A stretch of 64,000 nucleotides of DNA from Bugula neritina (taxonomy: Eukaryota; Animalia; Bryozoa). The notes under the pieces are model-generated. The model was not told the origin of the DNA. It made no database searches and saw only the letters and a list, made by a program, of their open reading frames with translations. The position numbers and the translations under genes are program-made. Location: NCBI GenBank assembly GCA_964035545.1, contig OZ037765.1:8256698-8320697 (forward strand). Reading direction: 5' to 3'. Each line of letters starts with the position of its first letter. The stretch's first letter is position 1. This document shows, one piece after another, positions 10,577 to 24,258 of the stretch.

Positions 10577-11904
10577 TTGTGCCTATAAACATCAACACAG
10601 CTAGCATTACACCAGTATCAGAACCTCATCATGTTTTTCAGTACAAATGTACCGAATCAAGTAGCACACATTAAGCCAGAGTGATGCATATATGGCCATT
10701 AACCATTTGTATCCAGCACTTGTCTATTACAATGAATATTGGATTATCACACAAAAACTGAAATTTATTTAGCTAAATATATGCTACAGGGATAATACTA
10801 TAGAAGATTAAACACACATTGACTAAATACAACAGATTGATAAAGATATGAAGTTTATTAAAAATAAACAAATAAAAATTTACAGCTATGAACTATGTAT
10901 GCTTAGTCTGTGTAAGTGAGAAGTAGAAGCTGAAAAAAATGGCAAGCCTTTAGCAATATGGCAGAGTAAATATGAGTTTAATTTGGTGTATTAGTATGAC
11001 TCACTCAGCAGTGACAAACCCTCTCACACTTCCATTTTGACTCAATTTTAAAGTTTATGAATGACTAAAGAGCATAAATATTATAATACTAATAGTAATA
11101 GTTTAGTAATATATTAAATTTATTATTATTATTAATAATATTCATACAGACTTATAGTCATTGTGAGTGTAACTGTATGGCCATGGTGATTTAAATAGAC
11201 AAAATGATAATTACAATTATATTATTAATCATAGTGAAAGTCAATTATTCATCATTATCATTGTGATAAAGAATTTAATGATAAATGTTGATGATGCAGA
11301 AACATGAACTTAAAAGCTAAAACTTAAACTTTAAACTTAATTATTAATCTTAATGTGTTCTGAGAGCAATTACTGTTAGCACCGTTAGACTTACTATTAC
11401 TTTTAGTAGCTGTAACACCAAATGTAAGACTCTACAGTTAATTACTTTCACTTTGACTTTGTACAGTAAAGCTTACAGTTAGCCTACTGTTACTGTTAGT
11501 GTTACTTTTAGTGTAACTGTAAGTGTTACATTTAAAATAGCATTTACTGATTTAGTTTTACTTTTAGTTTTAGTATTTTTAGTTTTACTAAAAGTAAAAG
11601 TAAAAGTAAGTGATTTACTGTACAAATTTAAATACATGTTGAATTTGATGTTATTTACAGCTCACTTACTGAATAACTGCTCTAGAGTTGCAACAATGCA
11701 TTAAATTGAATTATAAAAACTAATTTGGTTGCTGTATTTGATGGAGTAGAAGCAAATAATTGAAGTGATAATTGTTTGAAGTGTGATTTTTATTTTAGTT
11801 TGAATTGACTTAGGGCGCCAAAAATTAAAAAACATACTACTATAAGACCGAAGGCAAGCGAAAGCGAGTAATAAATTCAATACGCATCGGTTGATTTAGT
11901 GGTG

Positions 11905-11977
11905 GATCTTGTGGCCTAATGGATAAGGCGTCGGCCTCCGGAGCCGAAGATTGTGGGTTCGAGTCCCATCAAGGTCG
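11905..11977 (+). tRNA. tRNA-Arg (anticodon CCG)
   Basis: 73 nt cloverleaf: acceptor GATCTTG/CAAGGTC, D arm TGGCCTAATGGATAAGGC, anticodon arm TCGGC-CTCCGGA-GCCGA, T arm GTGGG-TTCGAGT-CCCAT; T-run terminator just downstream. Confidence 0.96.
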
Positions 11978-14900
11978 TAAATTTTACCAATTTTTACTAT
12001 TCACATAAGTCCTAAACTATATAAAATTTAAATTAAAAGAAATGCTCAGAAATATTGTTGACAAATAATTTGGAACAGATTGTTTTCCTTATTGAGTGTG
12101 AGGAAAGACACCATATGGCATATGTGTTTGCACCAACTTCAGTTTAGCTTTGCATTCATGCATTTTTATGTTCAGATTATTTAGTGCAACAAATATATCT
12201 ACATCCTACCAGGTATGCAGTATATAGTTCATAGAAAAGAATTAGCTTGCATGGCAGCTAAAATTTCCTATCGGTTTTTGCTTTTGATTGACACTTCTTA
12301 ACCTTCATGGAACGCAGGTGGCAATTAGAATAGAGTGATTTATAGACACATGCATGTAGAAGTAGATTTAGATTGCCAAGTGTAGTGTATACATGTGGAA
12401 AAATAAATGAATACTAAGATGACGGCATATACTTACAGATAAACATGTACATACTATATAACTTGGAAACAAGGCAAGAACTTAAAAACTGTTCACGAAC
12501 TGCATGAAGTTATTAGAAATGAAATTCCACCCAAAAAACCCAAATTTCCACCAGGTTGGAAACCACTGGCATAGAGGCTGCAAAACAGCCTAAAAGTGCT
12601 TTTAGATTCAGAATTTAATTGAGCAGATGCAGGCTACAGCTTATTTATTTTAATTTGATCAAATATGTCTAGTTAGACTAGAAGAAAAGCTACAAAATCA
12701 TATATACAATAAGATGGTATTATTTTGAATTAAGTTAAAAAATCTAGTTTAGCAACAAAAATCGGTAGGGTGTCGATATTTACATACGTGCATAGCTACG
12801 GGATACTGAACTTGCACAAGTTCATAAAGAAAAACAACTCCATATGCAAAACCATGTACGATCTACGAGGAAGTGCCCTCCGAAGCCTAGCTTTGCTGAT
12901 TGCTTTTCGCAACACACTTCCGGCTCTCCTAGTCCTTGTATGTACTGCTACTTATACTTACATTATGAGCAACATTTACTTTTAGTGTTACTGTAGTGAT
13001 TTTCTACGTCTACTTGGGCTTTTAATTCTACTGCAACTAAAAGTTGATCAGTCTAAAAAGTTTACCATTAAAACATGCATTTGATTCATTCTTAGTATTT
13101 TAGTTTTTGGTCAGTAATACTAATGTAATTGTAAATTAAATAATTATTATAAAATTAAATGGTAATTATTATTAACTAATTTAAATTATTATTATATTTT
13201 AATTTATAAAATTAAATGTAATTATCATTATGGTTTTTTTCTGAAGACCATAACCATTATGATTATGATGATCATTATGATTAATTGTAAAAATAAGTTT
13301 AATTAACTTTACTTTCAAGTTTAAGCTTTAAGTTTATGATTGTCAATTAAATTTTAATTCAATATTATTAATATTATGTTTATTAAATATTATTGATAAT
13401 TATGATATTATCATTATCATAATAATAAATTCAAATTGATTATCATTATGGTTATCATTGTAATTAAATTTATTTTTCTTTCAAGTTTTAGTTAAAGTTT
13501 TATATTCAATAACATTCACATTGAGACTCAGTTTGAGTATCATTAAATAGCCATTGCCATTGGGCTTGGCATACTCAGACTCGGACTGTGACATTCATTT
13601 TCAATTGAAATGTGTTACTTTGACTTATGGTTAATGTTAATGTTATGCCAATACTTATACCAAATGTAATAGTAATGTACAATATAATTCAAATTGTCAA
13701 TTGATACTAATACTTATACTATAAGTAAAATAATACCTGTAGCTATAAGAGTTGGGGACTTCCGTAGGCTTAGACTTCTGATTACCATTATGTCAAATAA
13801 ATTCAATATGAATGTTATAGTAATTTAATACATATATGAATTTATAATAAATTGTACGAATAAGTATTGGCATAGATTTAAAAAGTTAATGCAATATTAT
13901 CAATGTTAAGATTTGAATTAAGGTTTTGTTAAGTAATTATGACAATTATTATGGCAAAAACATTTAAACATTATGGCAAAAACATTTGAACAAACAGTTA
14001 GTGAGTCACGATGAGTATTATGGTAATAAATATAGTAGCAAGTTGTTCTCTCAAAATTCTTGTACTATCATAGTTTGGTGAAATTTGTATTTTTTAAATT
14101 CATTTTAATAAAATTTTTATAAGGCAATAGCTAATCATTTTTTAAAAATGGATTTTTAACTTATTAAAATAAAAATAATAAGCATAGTCAACAAAAGTTT
14201 TTTTAAAGATGTAAAATTCAATTTTTAGCCAATCTGTATAGTAATTGAATGTTGCCTTTATTATAAGTTCTTTTTTTTCATAAAAATTCTTTTGGTATTT
14301 AAATTTAATAAAAGATGCTATGGTTAATTTAGAGCAATAGCTAAGGTATCATTTTGCTATGGCAATTTATATATATAAATATGTTTTTTTATTATTCTCA
14401 TTTGATGTCAAATGAAATTATAGATTAAAACAGCAATAAAAATCAAAAGCTGACAAGTTTCAGCATATTGCCATGATATTTATTTTTAGTTCCTAGGACA
14501 TAGGCTAATCTTTTATTTCAAATCCTTTTCTAGATGAAAGGTAATACTTATTTAAAATATTATAGCAATCTAATAGAAGTGTTTTAGCCATATCAAGTGG
14601 TATTTAAATATTCTGTTTTACAAAATTATGTGATGGGGTATTTCATAAAGAATGAAACTTGTAGTAACTGCGTTGTGTCGAAATTTTAGTTTGTCAAATC
14701 TCTGTTTTGTTTTATCACAGTGATATTAATTTACAGACCTTTATTATTTTGATTTCAGAGTATCATCTAACCTGATTTTTCCTATCAAATTTTCATTAAA
14801 AATATTTATTATATTTATAACAAAGCTGGGGAAGGGAAGATGGAAGTACTGTAATATTAGAGTTAAGGCTGTAAAGTAAATTGGCAAAATAATGCTTTAT

Positions 14901-15640
14901 GTTGATTACCGTTTTATAAATTTTCAGTGATGTCTTTTTGGGTAGTTAAGCATCTAAATAACCATTAAACTAAAAACTTAGATTATGGAGTAAATGTAGA
15001 TATTTGTAGCAATAGTTACTCCTTTGTCCACTAGAGTGTAAATACCTAAAAATTGTAATGCTTTTGGAAAAGTGATTCTAAAAAGTTGGACTTCATCATA
15101 AATTCTGTTTTGTGATAAGTTATTAGATACAATAGTCACATTGCTCATTAAATTGTGATGATGAAACATTATTTAGCCTTGTTTGGCTGACTATAACTTT
15201 CTGAAAATTAAAATTTTGTTGAATGCTTAATTATTATTTCACAATAAAATACTTTTTTCAATGTTGACATTAATTGAGCCTTATACTTTTGCTTGTTACC
15301 TTTTATGAATCTCTATTCATAATTTAAGGAATATTAGGAAAATCTGATGTTATTGAATTTATAGCATCTAATGAGATTTTTTGGGCAAATAACTAAAAGC
15401 AGCATAGGATACATGTTGACTGTGGCTGGGGACTAGATAATACAGCAGCACTATCTCAGCAGATAAACTTTTGCATAGCAGACCTGCTCTAGACTTTACC
15501 CTCTGAAATTAATAATTTGATAAACTATTTTGCCATAACCTTGACTTAAGTAGATTTATGGACTTATTTGGTAGTTTCATGATTTGTTTTTAGTGCAAGT
15601 TTAACTGAGCTGCCTCGACTATCTCAGTTATTATGATATG

Positions 15641-15681
15641 AATTTTAGACATAAAAATATTTTATTTTTATGTCTAAAATT
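15641..15681. repeat. Perfect hairpin, 19-bp arms and 3-nt loop
   Basis: AATTTTAGACATAAAAATA (15641-15659) pairs with TATTTTTATGTCTAAAATT (15663-15681). Confidence 0.85.
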
Positions 15682-15966
15682 TTAACTGCTTGTGTAATAG
15701 ATTCTAAAATTTATGCCAATGTATACAAATATATTGAATTGCGTTTTTGTCTAAATAATTTATTATACATGGTATTTTTTTATTTTACCTAGGGAGCTAT
15801 CTCCCTTTCCCAAGTTTCTCATTGTTCTAGAGCAGGGGTGTCTAGACACTACGTATGTTTATATCACTGCCAATTGATAGAATGTTTTGTACTGTTTCAG
15901 AGTTTATAGGCTGTTTGCCCAAAGTTCAACTACAGTGAATGACTTCAGGTTACAGTTGAAGCTATC

Positions 15967-18900
15967 ATGGCCGCAAATAGGTTCAACTTAGGAGGGTTTA
16001 TCAAATCAATTCAGCAAAGTGGGATGGCGCCTCAGAAAATTGTGGTTGATAAAAAATTGATGGAGAAGTCTTGGAGGTTCATGGACAAAGTTGTGAAATT
16101 ATGTCAGCATCCTAAAATGAACTTGAAAAACAGCCCTCCGTTTATTTTAGACATACTACCTGATACATACCAACACCTGAAACTGGTTTACAACAAGTAT
16201 GAAGATAATATAGCTTTTCTTAATGATTGCGAATATTTTCGAGTTTTTATTGAAAACTTGATCGCTAAATGCAAAAATGCAATAAAACTGTTTAAAGAAG
16301 ACAAGGAGAAAATTTATGAAGAAAATTCCAACTGCCGACGTAATCTTACCAAGCTATCACTTGTGTTCTCACATATGCTGTCAGAGTTGAAGGCGTTGTT
16401 TCCCTCAGGTATATATTGTGGAGAAACCTTTCGAATAACCAAGACGGATGCTAGTGATTGGTGGAAAAAGACATTTCCAGGAAGGTTGGTGGTTCTAATT
16501 TTTAAATTTTGTAAAAATAAATTGTTTTTTATTGCTACTCAGTTATTCAGTGTCAATTGTTGTTTACATTTTAAATAGTTGAATACATTGACTTGGCAAT
16601 TTTCATTTATTCAATAGTTAACATCTGTCTCATACAGTGGTCCTTCACATATTATAGGGCTTTAGTACTACGGTGTATCAAAGTTCATCATAAGAGTTTT
16701 GTGCAACTGATTTTCTATATGCCTAATTGCACAGTCATTGTAAAGCATAAATACATGAGCAATAGTTGCAGTAGTTTATATTGTTGTATATCCTGTTTTA
16801 AAACAACTATACTTTTTTGGTATAATTTGTAGGCAAATAGCTCCATGGAGAGATTTCCAAACAAGTATCACAGAAGTTCACAAAATATCTACCCAGATGG
16901 AATCAATGGCTCTGAAGACTACCATTGATTTGACGTGCAATGACTACATATCCTGCTTTGAATTTGATGTCTTCACTAGGTAATGGTATCTTCACTAGGT
17001 ATTGATGTCTTCACTAGGTAATGATGTCTTCACCAGGTAATGATGTCTTCACTAGGTAATGATGTCTTCACTTGATATTGAAGTTTTCTAACTTCTAGTG
17101 AATTGACAACTACTATTCATAGCTAATAGTAATGACCATTGTAATGCCCACAGTAATAATGGTTTTCAAGCAAAGGGTTTCAAAGTATTCAGAGAGTTCA
17201 AAAGTATTGAAGTACATCAGTATTTGCCTTCAAATATTAGCATATTACAAACTACAACAGTATATGTTAGCAACTTGTAATGTGTGTTCAACAGCAGCTA
17301 ATGGAAATAATTTCACAGTTTGTAGGCTACTATGCTTACAATTATTTATTAGTTTATGGTAGTAGTCTTAATATAGTCTGTAAAATATCTTATCTGCTTT
17401 TTATCAATATAGCAACATGCTCTTCGTGGTCCAATCTGCTATTGTAGCTTTTATTACATTCTGCTTATCATGATAAACTTTTTTGGCATATGGTTGAGCG
17501 ATTTTAAATAAAAAACCAATTGTTAAATGCTAATGCTTTCGATAGAATATAGAGTGTAGTTGATGATGATATTTGACGATAATAGGCAGTAGTGTGATGG
17601 TATACTAACAGATTGTAAATGATTGACGCAGGGAGTATGGGGCACATTGAGCTATCCAAATGTTAACTCCATGGTTAGAAACGGTGATATTTGGTTAGAG
17701 GAGGCACGGTGATATTTGGTTAGAGGAGGCGTAAAGGTTCAGTTCTTGTGTTTTGTTAAATGAACTCAAATGTCACGGTCAAGTCTGGGGTTGACTTGTT
17801 GGTTTAGCTAGCTTACACGCTGCAGCTTATCTTGTACATACAGAGCATTGATGCTGTGTTGTCATGTTTCACAAGCATACATTCTGTCACCAATATTGAA
17901 AGCAACTTAGATCTGAAATAATATCTGGGCTGATTTGGCTTTAAATTTCAGTGTGTTTTTATTTTCTTTCCAATACATAATTTTGGCAGATACACATGCT
18001 TCCCTTAACAACTGAGTTACCGAGTAATGTTTAACTCAACACCTGAAAGTAGCTCAACACTATGATCAGAATGACGTAATCTAAATGCACCCTTTAAGTT
18101 CCAGTGGCTGATAAACAAATTACTTGCGTAAAATATGTACAATAAACCAAATATTTTAGTGGTTATTATTTTTGTTAGGCTCTTCCAACCATGGTGCAAT
18201 TTATTGGTCAACTGGAGTGCCCTGTCTGTAGCACATCCTGGTTACGCAGCTTTTCTAACTTATGATGAGGTGAAAGCCAAGCTAACTCAATATATTGACA
18301 TCCCAGGAAGGTAAGTGTATGCTTGATTGTTTCATATTATTTAGTAGAAGTGATTCAAATGTAGGGATTTCATCACTTGTCTATGCAAATCACAAAGAAG
18401 AGCTGTGAATTATTCATGGCTGCTTATAAGATATAATTGCTTAACTGTTCGTTGTTGTAATTTGATTAAGTTTTTATGGACAGAAGTATGCTGCAGAAAT
18501 AGGATAAGTTGTGTTTGTCTTCCCAATGTCACCCTTGTGTTTTTTGTGGGTAAGTAATGGTAATTATTATTGTTGTTTTTTAGTTATGTATTTCGTTTGA
18601 GTTGTACAAAACTTGGACAGTGGGCTATAGGATACGTCACCCATGACAAACAGATATTACAAACAATACCACAGAACAAGTCTCTAGCCCAAGCGTTACT
18701 TGACGGGCAGAGGGAAGGCTTGTGAGTATACATGCTTACAGTTTATGTTATAATGTTTATAGTTTATGTTATTATGTTTATGAGTCTAGGCCCTTGGTCT
18801 GTACTTGTGTATTGATCTCAGATAAGACTCTGGTAATTTCTTTTGTTTCTGTAGCTACTTGTTTCCAAATGGAGGCGGCGAGAACCCAGACCTCACGTCG

Positions 18901-21900
18901 TTGTTAGGGGAGACAAGTGAAGGACTCATTCAGGTCACGGAAGAACAGTATGAACTCTACTGTGAAATGAACACCACCTTTGAACTTTGTAAAATATGCG
19001 CTGAAAACAACAAGGATATTAGACTGGAGCCGTGCGGCCATCTTCTTTGTTCTCCGTGTCTCAACTCGTGGAGTGTAAGAACTGTGAGATTCACTATAGC
19101 TGATATTGTTGAAGCCTGCTGCTACAGTGTTAGTTTGCACGCTATTTCAATCTGATTGATTGGTTTTGACATCTTGTTCTTTTATATTTCTCTTGTTTAA
19201 AGGAAGTAGATGGCGGTAGCTGTCCGTTTTGTCGAACTGAAATAAAAGGCACAGAAGTTGTAAAAATATACCCATTTGATCCGGCAGCCGATCCTAAGCC
19301 ATTGGAGGAGGCAAGGAGACATATTGGCAGCATATCAGCTGCTAGTGGTGTTAGTGCTGCTGATGCAGATGAGATAGGAGTGTACAACTTAGAGGCATCC
19401 AGTTCCGAACACTCTTCATCTGAGGTAAGTGATTGTTAACCTGAATTACAGCTAGCCATTGCCACATTCTGTCAGACTCTGTATTCACAGCATGCAGTTA
19501 TGTAATTTGTAACATTCCACAAGTGTAAGGATTTGAGAACATGTTGAAGACATTTATTATGACTTCCTTGTATTACTTATCATCTTCATCCTTCTTCTCT
19601 GCAAAGCTGTCAAGTCTTAATAGCTTACTACGTAAATCCCTTTATATAAATTAGTTATAAATATGAATAGCAGTTACAGTCCTTGTGAATAGATTTCAAA
19701 TGTTTTTATCTTGCAGAGTATACCGGGTGGAGGCAACCACCACAACTTTCCAAAAGAGTCTCCAAGGATTCCCAGGTCGGCCCCGCCTATTCCACCAAGG
19801 TCACCCATGTGTTCACCAAAGCTTCCCAGGTATGGCTATGAATAAGCTGTAGCAAACAAATGCTCATTCGAGAATTTAGTGGTGGCTTTTTTTATAAATT
19901 TGTTAGAGTTCATGGCGACTAGTCAATATTCCGAAGGCCCATTGCTCCAAAGGTTCATTGGTCCAAAATTAGTAGATACAGGATAGTTAAGAGCATTTTC
20001 ACTGAGAATATCTTAAATTTCACTCACAATCTTGTTTAAGTTTTTGCTATATTATTTCTTTGTGGGTGGCATGCGTGTTGTCTACTTGTGATTGTTTAGC
20101 CTGTCAGCTAGCAAGCCTGTTATTATTAAAGTACGCATCAGTATGTCTTCGGAATATTGCTCAGTCCCCAGAGTTTATTGGTAAAAGTGGCTCTGTTAGA
20201 TAAGCTAGGGCAGAAAGTCATGAACTGTTATACTTATCTTCTTAGTGATAATGAGGAAGAACTGCCTACTCTGCCATCTCGCAACGGTTTGGGTAGTGAG
20301 TTTCTACACTTCCTGATTTGTTATCTGTATTGTAAATTATTTTCATTATGCTTGGTTGTAGTTCAAGTTAGTTTTGGCATTCACTATTGCCCTAATATAT
20401 TATTGTATGCTGCATGTGCAGGCACCTAGTGAAGTTTTAATCATGTAAAGGTATTTGTCTTATGAGTTATGTAACAATACTCTCATCTTCATTCAAACTC
20501 TCCCTACAACCTTCAACTCATTATGCTATCATTCAACTTTTGAATCTATCAGAATAGTTTTCCAACTTTACACCAATTTAAAACAAACAATACTGTTTGC
20601 ATTTTAAGCTAAGCACCATAACAATGTTTGGAGATTGGGCAATGAATTTTCATGACACGGAGGATATTTTAGCTTTTTGATGAATTGATCTCAACGTTTT
20701 TCAAACATGTTCATTTTAAATATTGTTTATGTTTTCTTTTCGTATTTTATAATTTACTATCTCTGAATGTATTGTACATGTACTATCGTAGATGCAGCTT
20801 AATTCCTGTAGTATTATTTGGCCACCTGCTTTGCTTTTTTAGACACCCACTTTCTACTGGTGGCCCACCAGCATTATTGAATTCAGACCATCACAGTTCT
20901 CATAGCAATAACCACAATGGTCACAACCACTTAATGTCCATTAGACAGCATGGTATGATTTACTTACCGTATCCAACATTGCATTTTGTGTAAGTGCTGG
21001 TCCAGCTCTCATTAGGAATTGTGCTGGTAATCAGGTATATAGTTTAGTGCCTGTTCCATGACTGTCCACATTTACTGGCACCATTACACAAGTAGTTGGT
21101 ATTTGCCATTTTGGTTTTTTGAAATTATGCCACTTGGCTCCAAAGTACACAAAATAAGTAAAGCTTTTTCTACTATCAAGTAGAAACATCTACCTGGTTA
21201 CTATTATTAGTAAATTGTGTCAATATTACTTGGTAACTACACAAAATTAATGTCCACTGTTTGTTCTGCATTATTGAAAGCTTGCATAAAATTACTATAA
21301 CATAAAGACCTGAAAAAGTGTATTAAGATCATAGAAAAATAATATTTTTTTATGATAATATCATTAATACTGTTATTTTTCTAACATATTTTTGCTGTTA
21401 GTTTTACTGTTATGATCGTGATTAGTACTACTAGAGCCATTACTATTATAAACTATGTATATATTACTGATTAGTATACCAAAAAACCAAGCACTGAGAA
21501 TACCATATAACCAATTTACTCAACCAATTAATTTCAGTATATTTGGTACCAGCTTGAGCAGCTCAGCACTACAAAGTGCGGCTTTTGTTGTCAATGGTCT
21601 GTGTAACTTTTTTTAAATCATTGTTTTCATTACTCCATATTTATTCAGTAGTTTTGTCCTCTTGTTTTTTATTATCCTTTTGTCCTTCTGCCCTTACGGT
21701 TTAAATATGTTTAATATAAATTTTAGTCTTCATTTTTGCTACTAGAAATGGGAATAATAAAGTCACTGTGAAGGTGATAGTGTTTCAAATCTCAGTACAG
21801 TTGCAGCACTAAACATGGCTAAAACAAGTAAAACTCTGCTTAATTGTTTGTCATGATTACTGATGGTCTAACTAACTATCACTGTATAAAATAAGTTTCT

Positions 21901-22599
21901 TCTGTCTTTGTGTTAGCCAATCACATGGGGTATGTTCTGTAACATGTTTATATTGACAGGAGGACCACATCTGCTCACACCAGACTGTGATCAATCAGAC
22001 GATATCCCTCCTCCTTTGCCGACATCTCGGCACAAGTCGTCAGACTCTAGGTAGACATTAGTTATATGTCCATAGACTATAACATGTGCATGTAAATTAG
22101 TATCTAACTATGGTTTAAAAGTCTTCTGACATATATTTTGTACCGTCGGTCAATTTAAGAGTTACTAAATCTGCCTGTAGTAAATATATATATACACATT
22201 AGAGAAATAATTCCAAACCCTTGTATGATCACATTTGTACATTTTATTGGTGCAATGAGTCCCCGTTATATTAGTGTAGCCTTGTTATCTGTAAACAATC
22301 TGATTTCTTTCTGAACTCTCTTCAGTTTGAGAGATCTGGATAGGTTTTGTTTGCTAATCTTTATCATCATCGCTTTTAACACTGTTTGTAGAGCGAATAC
22401 TTTAGATAGAAATCACGGCTTCTCAGCACATGCCGGCCACTCTTCAAGACAGAATGCGGGTGACAGTCACTTCAGCCATGAGATGGAGGTGCTGCTGAAA
22501 GAAGGCCATTCCTATGAGTCTGTCACGAAAGCTTTAGCCATCGTAGACAATGATATTGATAAGGCCAGACAGATTCTGCAGCAGTTTTCTTTGAGATAA
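15967..22599 (+). CDS. CBL: E3 ubiquitin ligase Cbl (TKB, RING, Pro-rich, UBA). Exons: 15967-16484, 16833-16979, 18179-18310, 18584-18721, 18855-19074, 19203-19424, 19717-19829, [20246-20295 or 20843-20952], 21960-22050, 22392-22599
   Basis: [33 protein letters not shown]; [25 protein letters not shown]; [18 protein letters not shown]; [40 protein letters not shown]...[10 protein letters not shown]; [36 protein letters not shown]. Confidence 0.97.
16965..17072 (+). repeat. 19-bp tandem repeat (5.7 copies) of the CBL exon 2 / intron 2 junction
   Basis: Unit TGATGTCTTCACTAG|GTAA at 16965, 16984, 17003, 17022, 17041 and partially at 17060. Confidence 0.95.
17681..17730 (+). repeat. Perfect 25-bp tandem duplication in a CBL intron
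   Basis: ACGGTGATATTTGGTTAGAGGAGGC x2. Confidence 0.9.
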
Positions 22600-23940
22600 T
22601 CATCTTTCTTAGATACCACTTTTTGTTATTCTTAACCCAAATATTTCCATTTTTGTTCCGTGAGAAAACTTATTTCACAATGGTTCCATACCAATTAATC
22701 CAGCATCGTATACTTATTACTGTTGAGTAAAAGTGTAGAGTTGATATTTCATGCTGAACTTGTGCAACGTAGGCGGAAAATTTTTTCACCAAGCTCTACA
22801 TTGTTTTGTGTAAGTTTTTTTAAAGTAATCGATATATACTAAAATATTTTTATAGTTAGTGCTAATGTTATTGTATTAAGTAACTGTGTTATCTACCTTT
22901 TTTCATGGTTCACACGTTAATATTATATTTTTAACCAACTTTTTGTTACATTTGATAGGTAAAATTCAGACAGATTTAGTAAATGCCTTAGTTTGCTGGA
23001 CAAACAAATGTATAATCAACTAACTTGTCAAATAACCAATGCCATGTTTACATTTAATTTTGTAGCACTCACATTTTAAGAGAGGGTGTTTTCTACATTT
23101 CACTCCACAATTCTAGATAAACAATACATTTTGTATACTAAAATTATTAAGCTATGATGCTTTATCAGTTGTTATTTTATTTTATAATTTCATATCATAG
23201 TAAGAAACAGTCATGCCAGAGTGGTGATAACCAGTACTTCCTCATCTAACATGACACTCTGTTGTGGACGTTGCTAACATCTGATCTGGTATCTGCTTGT
23301 AATTGCTCCTTTGTTATATAGCCTGCTTAATCTTAATCTTCAGTAAACTTTGTAGCTGTCTGCGATCCCCTTGTTGCTGGGGTTCTCGCAGGGTTTGCTA
23401 TTGTTTGTCAATAATTATAATGACTGACATTATAATGCAATATGACATTTTGTGTGCCTTGATTTTATAGTGAATTAGTCATCAAATAAGATGACTCTGG
23501 GTTGAGTAATTTTTTAAATTGGCCAAGTTTGAGGCATTTTTATGGAGATGCTCTAGGTTTTTATTGAGGAGGCAACTCCCTAATTAGGCATTTCTTCAAA
23601 TAATGAGGCGCAGCCAAAGAATATTACCAACTTATTTTAACTGCATTATGACAGAGAAACTATTAAAATAAAACGACTAAATAATAATACTGTATAGAAA
23701 GCAATTTTTATTCTCTCAACCACTCCATCTCATGGAAGCAATGATCCCGGTTCCGAATCAACATAAGCATTTTGTACTTGCAGTAGAATGAAGTAGCGTA
23801 GGTTGGAGTTAAGTGCCCTTGAAGCGAAAAACTGGCTCTAGAGTATCGTACCGTATCGAAGCAAATATTGCTTTGCATTTATATAGAACTAATACGAACT
23901 ACCACTTCGTCTATTTTATTGATTTTTCTAAATATTCTAA

Positions 23941-24084
23941 GAACTGCTAGAAACAGCACTAAGTTGGGGGTGACTAAGTACAGTATTTGTATATACATAA
24001 TTGCCCGATCTTCAAACCCCCAACTCTAAACTTGAGACCCCCGAACAACTGCTTTCGGGGACTACAAAGTCAGTGCTGCTTCAA
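23941..24084 (+). mobile_element. ~145-bp TIR-bounded (MITE-like) element, copy 1
   Basis: Imperfect TIRs TAGAAACAGCACTAAGTT / AAGTCAGTGCTGCTTCAA; aligns along its length with the reverse complement of 60312-60462. Confidence 0.6.
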
Positions 24085-24258
24085 CCCAATTGCTGTTCTA
24101 GACGCAATAATCTTCTTCAGCTTGAGTTGTGCATTTACTGATTTAGAAATTCAAAGCTAAGTGATAACGATATTCATAATTCAGTAAGAACTTGGTACCA
24201 TTTTATCGTCTGAAACCTTTTCTATTGGAATAGCATAAATCTCGATCTGTGAGTCATA

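Noticed and set aside
17521-17873. Possible solo LTR (TGTTAAA...TTTCACA)
   Set aside because: No target-site duplication and no second copy in the window.
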